Shown piece by piece: positions 26,529 through 38,704 of a DNA stretch of 64,000 nucleotides. Each line of letters starts with the position of its first letter. Positions within the stretch are counted from its first letter, which is position 1. The translations under genes and the position numbers were made by a program. The DNA comes from Haliotis cracherodii (lineage: Eukaryota): the NCBI RefSeq assembly GCF_022045235.1, contig NW_027266286.1, positions 40,796,001 through 40,860,000 on the forward strand, in the 5' to 3' direction. The notes beneath the pieces are model-generated. The model saw only the letters and a program-made list of their open reading frames with translations, did no database searches and was not told where the DNA came from.

Positions 26529-27841
26529 TTTGTATATATTGGTAAAGGGAGATAATTATTATGTATTTGTGTATAATTATTATATATGTGCAAATTGAAG
26601 TGTTTTAAGTTGAGCACTGTGTTTCTTTGTATATGTTGGTAAAGGAGGATAATTGCTATGTATTGCTCTATAATTGTTTTGTATGTGCAAAATAGTTTCA
26701 GCAAGTTACAAAAAACTGATTTAGTGGCGGGTAACATTACTGGAAGGTTTAATTAGTACTCCACACTGTTAGCGGGAGTACATACTGTCCTTACAATGAT
26801 ATTGACGGGTGGGCGGTTGAGGCGTCTGGTACTTTTCCTGGCGCGGTGCTTGGTATGTGAGTAGACTTTATGGTCAAATGCACAGAGAGGATTAGCTGTC
26901 GGGGGCGATTGCTTTGGCGGTAACTTCTGTATTGAAAGTGTTTGAACTTGGATTTGTTTTACGGGGAGGCCGCGATGTGTTTTGTAACATGCTCTCGTGC
27001 ACATATGCCAACAGAGTGGATTGCACAGAGGATGAAAACTATTTTATAACTACTTAAAAGTGTTGAATTTGGTTTGTTCTGAGCTGTCGGTTTCATTGTA
27101 GATATACATTGTTATAATGTGAAATCTCGGCGGAAACGGGGAAAAACGCGTTTTGTAAAACGGTAGTCCTTGGAAACATCATCTACAAAATATTATCAAA
27201 GATTAGTTTTTAAAAATACTACGAAAATATTGTGTTTTCTTTGTATATATTGGTAAAGGGAGATAATTATTATGTATTTGTGTATAATTATTATATATGT
27301 GCAAATTGAAGTGTTTTAAGTTGAGCACTGTGTTTCTTTGTATATGTTGGTAAAGGAGGATAATTGCTATGTATTGCTCTATAAATGTTTTGTATGTGCA
27401 AAATGGTATCAGCAAGTTACAAAAAACTGATTTAGTGGCGGGTAACATTACTGGAAGGTTTAATTAGTACTCCACACTGTTAGCGGGAGTACATACTGTC
27501 CTTGCAATGATATTGACGGGTGGGCGGTTGAGGCGTCTGGTACTTTTCCTGGCGCGGTGCTTGGTATGTGAGTAGACTTTATGGTCAAATGCACAGAGAG
27601 GATTAGCTGTCGGGGGCGATTGCTTTGGCGGTAACTTCTGTATTGAAAGTGTTTGAGCTTGGATTTGTTTTACGGGGAGGCCGCGATGTGTTTTGTAACA
27701 TGCTCTCGTGCACATATGCCAACAGAGTGGATTGCACAGAGGATGAAAACTATTTTATCACTACTTAAAAGTGTTGAATTTGGTTTGTTCTGAGCTGTCG
27801 GTTTCATTGAAGATATACATTGTTATAATGTGAAATCTCGG
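26529..27841. repeat. Near-identical direct duplication of about 600 bp (offset 711 bp)
   Basis: ORFs 26753-27004 and 27464-27715 differ by 2 aa; about 26529-27130 matches about 27240-27841. Confidence 0.9.
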
Positions 27842-29404
27842 ACTACAAAGGCGGATGCAATTCATTTATTTATAAGCAGTACGAATGCATCAATCCTACA
27901 TCACAGGACCATGTACATAATTTGTTGAATGTTATTTCGTGAATACACAAATTGCATAACACATTCCCTGAGGACAAACCCAAATTGCCCGTCCCTTTGT
28001 GACAGGTGTTAATTAGAGAATGTATTGCCACCACATGTCCCGGCACTTTTATGACATGTAATGAACCTAGTCAATCCCTGGGTCTGTAACAACAACATGG
28101 GTCTAATAAAATCAAAGTAACATAAATGTTACGTAATTCGAATTAAAAAAAAAACTGAAAAAATGTAACATGAATATAATTGCCCTTTTGAGGGTAATAT
28201 AATTTTGGGAAAATATACGTTTTTTTTGTATTTATGGACCACCTCACACAAGCTGAAAAATTAAACATATGTTTATATAGCTATATTTACATACATGGCA
28301 TTAACATGTAATAATAATAATATTGATCATGTTTGTTAATTTGTACATTTCGTTGTTATTGGTATCCTGAGTATGTTGTAATAATGTGTTCTGATCTTAT
28401 TTGACGTAGATTACATGAACTAGAAGAGTGACTTTCTTTCATCAGCATGAAAGGATTAGCCACACATATACCCTTAATCCTTTGTCAAACAGAAAGAAGT
28501 CATATAGATATCATATCTAACTGGTACTAAAAGTTCACTATCAATCTCCTCTGATAACAAACTTGCATTTAATATCCCCAAGCTACAATACCCAGCATGC
28601 TCATGGAGAAATTATGAGAAACCCGAATGATATCCTGTCTAGGTGATCACACCCGGTGATTGTTAAGACATTCAGACAGTATGGCAGTCTGTATTCATTT
28701 CTTATATCCACAAAGGACCCACCAAGCTTCCTTTTATTAACATTGGGATGAGGGGAGATATACATATTGTATTAAATAATACATCAATACATCAAAACAG
28801 AACAAAAAAGATAGGTCAACAGTGCGGTTGATGGAAAGGGGTTTCCTAAGAAAAGCTATTTAACTGTTTAATACTTAATACTTGTCTCAAAGTATGTATT
28901 AATTCTTACTACTAGTTATTATATATGTGCAAATCCACCCGAACGTCGGATGTACATGGCCGAGTTCAAAATAGCTAAATTAGGCACTGTTCAAATTGTT
29001 TCCAATAAACCACTGATTAGAAACTCACTTAACCTTTAGAATAGAATCGTTTCTTAATATATTGTAGTTGGGGCATGTGAAAAAATTAATGCAGTGTACC
29101 ATTGTGACAGCCACAAGAGCATGCATGATGTGTTATCTGAGATGTGTTTTTTAAGCCGATGGAAGTTTAAAGTGACAAAATCTGGTATCATGGCTTAACT
29201 GAATATAACATTCTCCAAGTTTAATAATAATCCTCTTTTTCCGGTGACTATTCCAATTATTAATGGTATCAGGTAGGAATGACTTGGCATAGCATTCTGT
29301 TCTACAACGTATAGCCTGTGAATTGGTTAGATTTCTTTATATGTAATCACTAACAGCAAAGATGTTTTCCATCTTGTAAAAAGGTGTAATGGCTACGTTG
29401 ATCT

Positions 29405-30735
29405 CATTTGGCAGGTGACCGAATCATCAGACAGACCAATCAAGTGTGACCAGTGTATTCGCCTGGTCTAAACTAATAATTACAGTGCTGCTCTCGACTG
29501 TGGGCAGAGTAAGCTATTCAAACTCGTTAAGTGATACAGATTAACCAGATTCCTCTACGCTGGGCAAACACTGGTCTATGTAGAATCATACCGTTATCTG
29601 GGACTACGGGTTGACGAGCATCTAGATATGTGAAACTGTGAAAGAGTTGTACAATTCTGCCAGCCATGCTTTGTCTTATTCTGTTGGGTGTATGTCTTAT
29701 GATGTTTTTATAAAACTGTATGAAAGTCTTGTGGAGCCGGTAATGTTCTATGGCTCTGGTATATGAGGATAAAACGTTAATCTAATCCAAAATAGAGCCT
29801 GTAAATTATTTCTTGGTGTTAGTAACGGTACCTCCAGTATAGCCACTAATGGAGACATGGGTCTCTCCTCCCCGTTTGTTACATTACATGCTAATGTTTT
29901 TAGACTACCCCAAGATTTAATAACAGTACTTGTAACGCTTTGATGAAGAAAATGGTTACTATGTAAAAGTTCATGGAGTTCTAAAGTTGTTAAAATTGCC
30001 TGTAATCTTAATATTTATGATGTTTTAACTGCTCCAATGTCCCAAAAGAAGAAAATTGCCCATATTAAGAACGTTCTCATAAACAAAGATGAACTGAGCT
30101 GGAGAACAGAGCTTTGGAACGATAAACATAATGTTAAGGGCAATACAATACAATACAATACTTTCATGATCGTAACGTTGTTGCTCCTTATGTTTTAAAT
30201 ACAGTGATCACTGTCGCATTTTAGCTAGTTTTAGATCTGGATCGAAACAGGACGATTTACAACCCCCCAACCCTTTTAGAAAATAGAATCTGCCCACACT
30301 GTTTTAAATTTGTTCATAAAGGTTTGTCGAAAATGAATTTCACTTTATTCAATGTTATGTGCTTTATGATCTTAGAAGTATTTTACTTAGATAATGGTCA
30401 TCTCTTTTGTAACACGTGACGCGTTCATAAAATAACTTACTCTGTAAGGTTCACATCCAATTGTCAGACATCCCATTTGGCAGGTGACCGAATCATCAGA
30501 CAAACCAGTCAAGTGTGACCAGTGTATTCGCCTGGTCTAAACTACTAATTACTGTGCTGCTCTCGACTGTGGGCAGAGTAAGCTATTCAAACTCGTTAAG
30601 TGATACAGATTAACCCGATTATGATTGTGTAAGTGGCGTTTGATCTGTGTCGGGATGTGAGTGTGTTGTTGGCACAGAGTAGTTTGTTCAGTGATATAGA
30701 ACATAGGAAATTAAGAAGATTAATAAAAACAAATC
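29405..30735 (+). mobile_element. Decayed CR1/L2-like LINE 3' fragment flanked by a direct repeat of about 140 bp (29405-29547, 30474-30616)
   Basis: YRYLGLRVDEHLD, KLYESLVEPVMFYGSGI and IQNRACKLFLGV are post-RT thumb-region motifs; repeat catttggcaggtgaccgaatcatcagac...gatacagattaacc. Confidence 0.7.
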
Positions 30736-31075
30736 GTTGAGGTTGTTTTGCATCATTTTCATTAAATATATTGTTACACAGATTAAACTGCTCCATAACC
30801 TGAGTACAATCTCACCCACTATAAGTACAGTATTATATTACATTGAGGAATTCTCTAAGATCGCAATGACAAGGTACGCCTATATTTTGCAACCTGAATC
30901 AATTCCCTGGAGCGTCAAGACCATACTTTGCTCGGTTTAAACAAGAATTGCAGTTAGATCCGCTTTGTCGTAGATAAGTAATAGCGAAGGCCAAACAAAC
31001 AAAATTTCCCTACATTTCTGAGAGATAGCTACTCTAACATATGTACACAGAGCAGCTAAAGATAAAAAAAAATGC

Positions 31076-31077
<2 letters not shown>

Positions 31078-31160
<83 letters not shown>
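31078..31160. repeat. (TA)n microsatellite
   Basis: Direct reading. Confidence 0.95.
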
Positions 31161-31163
<3 letters not shown>

Positions 31164-32167
31164 ATAATGGGATCATCACAAACATAAATTTTATGAATGC
31201 TAAAACTCGCAATAGATGTGTACCCTACTCACACACGAGTCCCACAGGAGACAGGTCAGCCAAAGTGGCCCAGACAGAAGACGATCACACTTAAACACTT
31301 AAAGCAAAGCAAGAACAACAACTTTGAGGAATAGTGTCCTTTGCAATGATCTAATGAAATACATCAAAATGTGTGATAGCACTCGTTTCAGTTTATGTTG
31401 TATATATAGTGTCTTTCTGATAATGAAAAAAATATAATTTCTTATGATAACTTTTCCGCCCACTGTATGAGTGGTATGTTCCACATTAAAGTTAATAAGA
31501 AATAAATATATCCCGTAAAAATATTTTACTTCTGGTGTATGATTTGATTAAAAGTGCATAACTTATCCTGTAAATTCTCAAAATGTCTGCTTTCTGGCCA
31601 CTTGGTCTGTTCCACTTTAATGAAAGGTAAACAGGTAACTATTTCTTAACTAACCATCCTTGACTAATTCTGACTAAAGGTGTCGTACGCATTTTATATT
31701 GATCAAACTGTTATTAAGATCTGTACAAATCTTCTATTTCTTATGTAAAACATAACGAAATACAAATTATTTCATAACATCATATAGTTGTCATAATGAA
31801 AATAGTATTAAAGCATTGTTGTCACATGCAATAATAATACTGTTCGGTATCATTAGTAAACTTTGCAACAACATATTATGTGAAACCTACTATAAGAGGT
31901 GAAGAAATTCAATGAAGCAGTGGTAAAATCTAACCATATATACAAAATTGTATAGTTTTGGAAATACCAACTATACAAAATTGTATATTTTGGAAATACC
32001 AAATATACAAAATTGTATATTTTGTATATATGGGTATTTTTTCTTGTGATAGTTTGGCAAGTTTGCCAATCGTTTTAGTTAATGACACATCCTTAAGAAG
32101 TAGATCCAGAATAAAGTTCATATTTGCTTTAATCTGTGCTTCATCATGGGTGATTTCTTCAGGGGTC

Positions 32168-32635
32168 TCATTCAGTCTCAGAGGACTCGTCTCCCGATCC
32201 GGAGTCACTGTCATTATCTGTTGTTGTTGTTGTTGTTCCTGAGTCGCTGTCTTCTCCTTTTCCTGGTTGTCTATCAGGCGTTGGTATGTGTTCCTGTTCA
32301 GGAGAACCATAGGTCTGCTCATGATGTAGGTAATTTAACAGTTCAGCAGTGCAAATAGGCAAGATCGAATGATGTCTTATCAACACCTCCTTTTTAATCC
32401 GATTGGGAAAACCTTCTTTGGCAGCCAATGTTCTAATGTGAAACCTATGACGGTGCAAGCGAGTTTTATCCATCAGTGAGGGCGGAATATTCCCTTTCCA
32501 AAATGTTTAACATCATGCTATTAATAGCATGCATTTGTTCACATGACACATATTGACGTAAAGCACTCTCTGCTTCACATTAGCCTGCAGTAATGTCTGA
32601 AGAAAAGACAGATGTTTTTCCAGTAAATCACCCAT
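32168..32635 (-). pseudogene. Conserved small basic Polinton protein (disrupted)
   Basis: MGDLLEKHLSFLQTLLQA*...EQMHAINSMMLNIL...RLHRHRFHIRTLAAK...IKKEVL resembles the basic Maverick ORF found next to the ATPase; contains a stop and a frameshift. Confidence 0.55.
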
Positions 32636-32742
32636 ATTGATGTGAAGAGATCACGATGTGAAATGATCCAACTAGGTTATTGTGACTTTTATATATGTAT
32701 GCTTAGACCCTAATATTCCTCATACACCATAGCCGATGTCTC

Positions 32743-33072
32743 TCATTCGGTATTAGAAGCTATCATGTTTATGTCACTACACTGAGGTGATAACCTGAAA
32801 TGTTCAGTTAGTGGTTCATCATCTGGCATCCATTTATGTACACGCAATCGACACATGAAACAGTAGACTTCATCTGATTGACCCGTGTAAATGATTCCTG
32901 CTTGTGCCATAGTCTTCAGAGACTGTTTCATTTGCACGGGCCAACTGGCGAAGGACTTTAATCTCTCACAAAAGCTATGCCCATTCACTTCAGCATTGGT
33001 TGAAATAACTGAACAATCGTTAGCAATATCTTCAAATCGTCCGCAAACATCCATGATGACCTCAGTAAGCAA
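32743..33072 (-). CDS. Single-BIR-domain inhibitor-of-apoptosis-like protein carried by the Polinton
   Basis: RLKSFASWP...MAQAGIIYTGQSDEVYCFMC...KWMPDDEPLTEHFRLSPQC; all four Zn ligands (C, C, H, C) present. Confidence 0.88.
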   Translation of the reverse strand: MLTEVIMDVCGRFEDIANDCSVISTNAEVNGHSFCERLKSFASWPVQMKQSLKTMAQAGIIYTGQSDEVYCFMCRLRVHKWMPDDEPLTEHFRLSPQCSDINMIASNTE

Positions 33073-33129
33073 CTGATCTGTTCATTGGTAAGACGGGCAA
33101 CTGGTGGGTATAACTTTCAGCAGTAGCTT

Positions 33130-33781
33130 TTATTTGGGTTGGTACACAATACATACTTCATCTGGAAAGACACCACTGCACAGACGCCCATACTGAGGAT
33201 CGGAATAGGCTGATACGTCAATCATTAAATATTGAAATTTCTTTCCCTCCACTGCGTCACAAAATGATTCAGTAAAATATTTGGCTTCTCCTGGAAATAT
33301 TTGAGATGCCATGATTTTATATTCATGTGCAGAACGTGGGTTAGATAGCAAAATGAAGTAGTGTGTATTCAATGAAATAGTTACAATCCCCCTTAGGATA
33401 AGCAGACTGTTGAATATTTATAACACTGATTCCCCAATGATGAGACAATGTAGTGTAAAGATTTAACATCAGTGGACTTTTACATATATCCATCATCATG
33501 TCATCCATGACCAACACCATGTTCTTTTCAGATTGCTCAGACCACATTTTCAAATCATTCTCAGTTGGAAGGGAATCCATAAAAAGAATGTTTTGCTGCA
33601 TGTCACTGTAGATGTCTTGCCATACGGCATAGCAGTACACAATAAGGTTGGGAAGTTTGTCAAACATCAGATTAGTTTGCTCTAACAACCTTTTCACCCA
33701 AACTGTTTTCCCTGAGGAAGATCCACCAATCACATATATGGTGGTAGGTGTTTGTATTGGTAAGAGACACTTACGTTCCAT
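33130..33781 (-). pseudogene. A32/FtsK-like DNA packaging ATPase (frameshift near 33370)
   Basis: Walker A GGSSSGKT, Walker B LVMDD, SHHWGISVINIQQ, LNTHYFILLSNPR, YLMIDVS. Confidence 0.92.
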
Positions 33782-33914
33782 GATCTCACTCTGAGCACAA
33801 TAATTCAACTGTGACAATACAGCTGAGTTACTTATATTTATAGAACAAACTCGAATGACTACACTATTTTTTTTATTTCATTTTTTTAATGGGTTACACA
33901 AGTACAGTAGTATG

Positions 33915-34409
33915 TTACATGACACAGGTATGACAAGATAACAAACAATATCTAAAATAATTACAGATAAACTTTGACACATGCTCATCATTGTTAAAAC
34001 GGACTTGCACATCACATATCTGCACAAGGGTTTGAAGGGTAAGTTCTGTTTTGCATTTATACAACAAATAATATAAACAATAATGACCACAAAGGTTGGA
34101 TGATGAGGACTGTAACTGTCTTCTTTTGTGCTTGTATTGATTGACATAGGTTTTTAAGTACAAGTCAAAAACGGAATTCACTGGCTCACCCAGACTGTCA
34201 AACAGTTCCCCTGTATTTCCTTTGAAGTACATAGCCACCCAGTGACGACCCGGTCTTCCAGATGGTTCAGTATTGACAATGAGACCCACTCCACGTGCAA
34301 GCATGACTCTAGTTAGCACAGGTAAAGTATCTTTGGCAAACACACCTAAGACATGGTACTTTAAGATGGAGTCGCTTTGAATAGCACATGCAAGGTCAGA
34401 GGCTTTCAT
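33915..34409 (-). CDS. Adenain-type cysteine maturation protease
   Basis: IVNTEPSGRPGRHWVAMY (His), ELFDSLG (Asp), QLQSSSSNLCGHYC (Gln, Cys). Confidence 0.93.
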   Translation of the reverse strand: MKASDLACAIQSDSILKYHVLGVFAKDTLPVLTRVMLARGVGLIVNTEPSGRPGRHWVAMYFKGNTGELFDSLGEPVNSVFDLYLKTYVNQYKHKRRQLQSSSSNLCGHYCLYYLLYKCKTELTLQTLVQICDVQVRFNNDEHVSKFICNYFRYCLLSCHTCVM

Positions 34410-34414
34410 GTTTT

Positions 34415-35703
34415 TTACTTCACAAACACGTTCCTGGTCTTGTCAATTTCGATGAGGGAATTTCTTTCACTCAGAACAACACAACTGAGTGTTTCGGTGA
34501 GGGCGGATTTGAACTCGATTTCTAGTCGGGTGCTACCGGATTTCAACAGATTCAGATAGTGGGATTCACTGCATACTTTATCAATGTCGAAGACGAACAG
34601 GGCACTCCCGAGCAAAAAGTCGCTCCGAGTGATTCCGTTTCCTGTATTTTCTTTCCACAGACACATCCCATCGAACATCTGCACATAGGACTCAACGTCA
34701 TCATGGGACGTCCGGGGACACTGGCACCATTGATGTACAGGCTGATGTTTTTCACCATACTAGATTGGAAGTTGTAGGGGTTACCAGTGTAAGATCCATT
34801 CAAGCTGTTGCTGAGTACAAAGCCTACGATGTAATGATTAGCAATAGGATTCGACAGATTGTCAATGGTATGTGTCAGTTGAGTGGTGGGGATGCTTGTC
34901 ACCTTGACCTCACTTTTGGTGTACAAAGCATTGCTGTCTTGAAACAAGGTGTTGTGTGCCAAAATAAGAGCTGGATTGACTTTCAGTTTACACACCTTCA
35001 GGTAGGTATCCAGAATTTCCACCTTGTAATCTTGACCTGTTTTGCCACTCATCAAACAGAACTGGGGCGAGGAACGGTACAGCTTCACTGTCAAATCCAC
35101 TCCATTGACCAAATGTCTGTTCATGTGAAAGATATCTTCATACAATGGCCCCTACATGGTCAAGACTTTACTAGTATTAATGAAACCGCCACGAGATTGC
35201 ACTCCTGTATTGAGACCAGTGTAGGGATCAGTCGATTCGACATCATTGTTGGATTCAGACACATCTTTGTAGAAGAGTTGAGATGACAGCTGTGAAGTTT
35301 TAGCTTCTGTTCCATAGTTGAGTAGAGTTTTCATCATGTTCTTGTAAGCATAATGGTTGTTTGTAGAAGATACCAACTGATTCTGCAGGTACACAGACAC
35401 CTGGGAAAAGAGGGCCTGCAGAAACAAGTTGACAGGGACAATATGTTCCTTGTCAACAAGATCAGTGCCATCTGCATGTTTCGCCTTGAGCTTCACATGT
35501 AGGCGGGTACGGTTCAGGTCAATGTAATCACTTCCAGCATTCGTTACTTGAAATTCCAACGGTGAAGAATCATTGATTTGGCTGAGTGGTCGCACTTCAT
35601 CAAAATAATGTTGATGGATGCTGGTCTGGTATGGTGGTAAAATAAAAAGATTGAGAGAGGGGGGTATCAGTTCCTCAAAGTCTTTATCATTCAATAGTGA
35701 CAT
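34415..35703 (-). pseudogene. Double jelly-roll major capsid protein (PY), three frameshifted pieces
   Basis: SLNLFILPPYQTSI, SPLEFQV..GSDYIDLNRTRLHVKLK, NLFLQALFSQVSVYLQNQLVS, HYAYK, NPYNFQ, LFVFDI, EIDKTRNV. Confidence 0.9.
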
Positions 35704-35705
35704 GA

Positions 35706-36056
35706 TTAACTGAAAACGTCGTTTTCTCGAACAGGGGTACACTGGAGAACCTTAGCGGTCTTGGATGGAATGTTATCTGTCTGACGGATCTTCTTTGAAG
35801 TGGTGATTCGATCACCTGCAGCTCGTTTTAAAGATTTCCGTTGCTTTTCTTTGGCATTGGCTCTCTCAACAATATTCTGCGTCTCTGATGTCACTTCCAG
35901 TTTGATCTTGGGTTCTTCCGTCTTCACTTGAAGTCGTGTCGGGATCACTTTCACCTGTGGTTTACCATTCACTAAGGCAGATGTTCCTTTCATGTGTTTC
36001 TTGAAATAGTGGGTCCATTTGACATAATCGGGAACATACAAAGGTGTGGACTCCAT
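35706..36056 (-). CDS. Polinton hypothetical basic protein between the minor and major capsid genes
   Basis: Intact 116-aa ORF tightly packed between neighbours; LYVPDYVKWTHYF N-terminus and Lys/Arg-rich C-terminus. Confidence 0.65.
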   Translation of the reverse strand: MESTPLYVPDYVKWTHYFKKHMKGTSALVNGKPQVKVIPTRLQVKTEEPKIKLEVTSETQNIVERANAKEKQRKSLKRAAGDRITTSKKIRQTDNIPSKTAKVLQCTPVRENDVFS

Positions 36057-36058
36057 GG

Positions 36059-36487
36059 TTAATCAACGAAGGGATACCGTCTCAAGTGCAGTGTCACATA
36101 TGTCACATCCTTTAGAAATGAGGGTGACATGCCGTTACTGGCCTTTATACGCACCTCTATGTGTGGAGATTCTTTGACTTTAATCGGAATATTGTATTCA
36201 TGGGCAAAGCTATAGTAAGGACCATGTCTGAGATCAAGCTGTCTCAATAAAGGCAACTGCTGTTCACCTGCCAAAGAACTATTACACAGATTGCATAACA
36301 CCTCCACATATGGATCATTCATGTGGGTGATGTCAAGTTTACCAAAATTAATCTCCGTTAAAGACACAACCCAGAATCCATCAAAATTCAACCTTTGATT
36401 TAGTTTGACACGAAAATGATAAGGCGTATTCTCGTTAAAATAAGATTGCTTGGAGTCTGAGCTTTTGAGAAATATGTACCTTTCCAT
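36059..36487 (-). CDS. Minor capsid (penton, PX) protein
   Basis: YIFLKSSDSKQSYFNENTPYHFRVKLNQRLNFDGFWVVSLTEI...LPLLRQL...VTLHLRR. Confidence 0.85.
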   Translation of the reverse strand: MERYIFLKSSDSKQSYFNENTPYHFRVKLNQRLNFDGFWVVSLTEINFGKLDITHMNDPYVEVLCNLCNSSLAGEQQLPLLRQLDLRHGPYYSFAHEYNIPIKVKESPHIEVRIKASNGMSPSFLKDVTYVTLHLRRYPFVD

Positions 36488-37618
36488 CAGATATCTTTCA
36501 GTTCACTTTCCTCCACATAAGAATCGTAGCAACTCGGCCAGCCCAACCACGTCACTATCAGGTAGGTCTTCCCTTTCACACGTTTTCTCTTTAAAATCTT
36601 CTCTACCTGCCACAAGACATTTTCCTTTTTCTCCACCTTTTGTAGCTCGTTGGCATAAAACGTACCTTCTATCAGTTTATCATGAAAGTCTTTGATCTTA
36701 TACTGTGCTATCTCTTGTCTCTTGTATTGCCTAACCACCTTAAACAGCTCCTGAGTCCAATTCAGATCAAGCTCCTTACTGAAAGGTCTCCGGAGGTATG
36801 GAATGCGAACAAGATCCCCTACTTTAAATACAAATGACTTTGACCTGTTGTGTTTGGAGCTTTTTTTAAGAAACAACGGCTTCACATACAAATGTTCCCA
36901 TACTTTAGTTCATTCTTCTTCTTGACTTGAACTGGAGAAAGGTTGGTCAAAGAAGAATGTAAGGTGTTGTTATAATTGTCCATCAACTTGGGCAGTGCAT
37001 CTAAATAATACTTGGTGTTATTATGGGTCAAGTAACGCGTAATAAGTGATTTCAGTGTTCTGTTGAACCGTTCCACATAATTACTTTTGATATTTTCGTT
37101 ATGTGCACCAGTCAGAGTGATATTGTGTTTTTCTAAAAAATCTTTAAATACTCCTTTAACTCTGAACCACCATCCACACGCACTTTCAGATTTCGTCCCT
37201 GAATTATTTCTTTGAAAGCTTTCAGTACTGTCTCTGGTCTCTTATTTGTTAAAGGCAGGGCGAAAGCAAACCTACTCAGTATGTCAATAGCCACCAGTAA
37301 ATAACGCACGCCATTATTCTCCTTGCTGTAACGAGTCATGTCGGTCAAATCTACATGAAACATTTGATTTATAGAATTCACACGAACTCTCAGCCTTTTG
37401 AATCTCTGTTTGGGTGGCTTGTGTAAACTGTAGGCGTCCTGTTTGTTCAGAAAACGTTTCACAGTGCTCAGTCTGAGATCTGGTTGACGAGCTAATTTCA
37501 GAACGCTACGAAGTTTCTCAGGACCATAAAAAGCCCCCGGTTCAAGCGGGTTAAAATAGTAACTTTCTAACATCTTATCCTGTTTCTTTGTTACCACCTT
37601 TCTCTGTTGTGGCTTCAT
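36487..37618 (-). pseudogene. Retroviral-like (rve) integrase with C-terminal chromodomain, frameshifted
   Basis: YSLHKP, FHVDLTDM (D), IDILSRFA, RVDGGSE (D), VERFNRTLK (E), YNNTLHSS, FKVGDLVRI; chromodomain WQVEKILKRK...VTWLGWPSCYDSYVEE. Confidence 0.95.
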
Positions 37619-37749
37619 GTTGAAATGAGCGAAGCACTGACAACAGACATCTATTAAAGAACAACCATTTGATAACTATCAAAAGAAGACAAACAAAGAT
37701 GTAAGCATAATTTATGTTTTATTCATAGTATGGACATTGCTAAAGTACA

Positions 37750-38704
37750 CACACACATTTCATTTGGTACTGATAGAATAATATGACATGGAAACAGTCT
37801 ACAAGCGTTTTTGCAACTTCAACATTTTGAATGTGTCACCCATTGTTCAAGAGGCCATAGTTCCAAAAGACAAAGTGAGATAATGTCTCAACTTGAGATA
37901 AAGAAATATGTCGACATTTATGGGTAAGTTAGGTGTAACCTACTCGCAACGCAGACTTATGGATTATTTATCCCGCGTGAAATAATTGACACGGCTCGGG
38001 TCTTACAAGATGAATTCACAAAAGTCCCACGTCATCCCTTACATACGTACATAATTGGAACACAGATACCTTGATCTCTCTTGATGGACATTGGACATTG
38101 TATCGCTACACATATATTAACAGACATACAGGTTCATAAAGGTTCAATGCCTAATGTTCCAAACATTTTATGATAATTTTCACACATATTAACATCTAAC
38201 TTAACATTGCTTCTACAGACCATGTTTCAGACCATAGTAGTGTTAAACTTCACTCTCGTCGCTGTCCTATACAACAAACTTGACACGTCCCTGCAGCCTT
38301 CCTCCTCCAGGTCGTGGACAGACCGCGTTACCGAGTGTTACGAATCGACAACCTACATGTATGCGACCGTGTTCTATAAAGAAGCTATCCAAACATGTTA
38401 CTTCAGTAACCAGCTGTACAAATTGACCAAGAACTATCCAACTCCAACGTGTCATGGTAGGGACTTTCAGTATTCTACCCTGCACTCAATATCACTGTAA
38501 TTTATCTTCCAGGTTGAAGGACGTCAAAGGGAACTTTGGGTCTACTCTCAATTTTATTATTGAAACAAAAGGAAAGTTGTCCTTGCTCGCAAATAAAACA
38601 GGGTTGTCTAGATCTGTAGTTAATAATATGCAAGGGTAGCTGAAGGGCAGTATATACTTTAGTGGTAGTAAGTGTAATCGAGGGTTGATACACACGAGGG
38701 CCAC
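37750..38704 (-). pseudogene. Possible decayed ORF (about 300 codons) of unknown function at the Polinton right side
   Basis: ORFs 38492-38704 and 38267-38485 share a frame, and protein-like translation with scattered stops continues towards 37750. Confidence 0.35.

Larger units (their letters stand above)
26360..32048. mobile_element. Non-autonomous TIR DNA transposon (CAC...GTG termini, 3-bp ATA TSD; CMC/CACTA-like) nested in the Polinton
   Basis: Left end cactgcaaaaaaaatccatatatacaa; right end reverse-complement cacaagaaaaaatacccatatatacaa; ATA at 26357-26359 and 32049-32051; subterminal tatacaaaa repeats at both ends. Confidence 0.8.
26082..32322 (-). pseudogene. Conserved Polinton uncharacterised gene split by a 5.7-kb insertion (5' part 32049-32322, 3' part 26082-26359)
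   Basis: Removing 26360-32048 and one ATA gives in-frame ...KTIGKLAKL-WYFIRDQIRNAHFRLNDQLEIV...SNVIDLI...PTGYRDFLKLLKMLHVP; N-terminus MSRPMVLL resembles Maverick ORFs. Confidence 0.75.

Noticed and set aside
26753-27715. Duplicated 83-aa and 81/141-aa minus-strand ORFs as genes
   Set aside because: Their similarity simply reflects the recent DNA duplication; no recognisable domain or splice structure
24730-35286. Antisense ORFs overlapping pPolB and capsid genes (24730-24951, 34765-35286)
   Set aside because: Shadow ORFs opposite real coding sequence, with no motifs
33915-36487. Intact protease and minor capsid ORFs as evidence of host domestication
   Set aside because: They are short, so escaping disruption is expected given the lesion density in neighbouring genes
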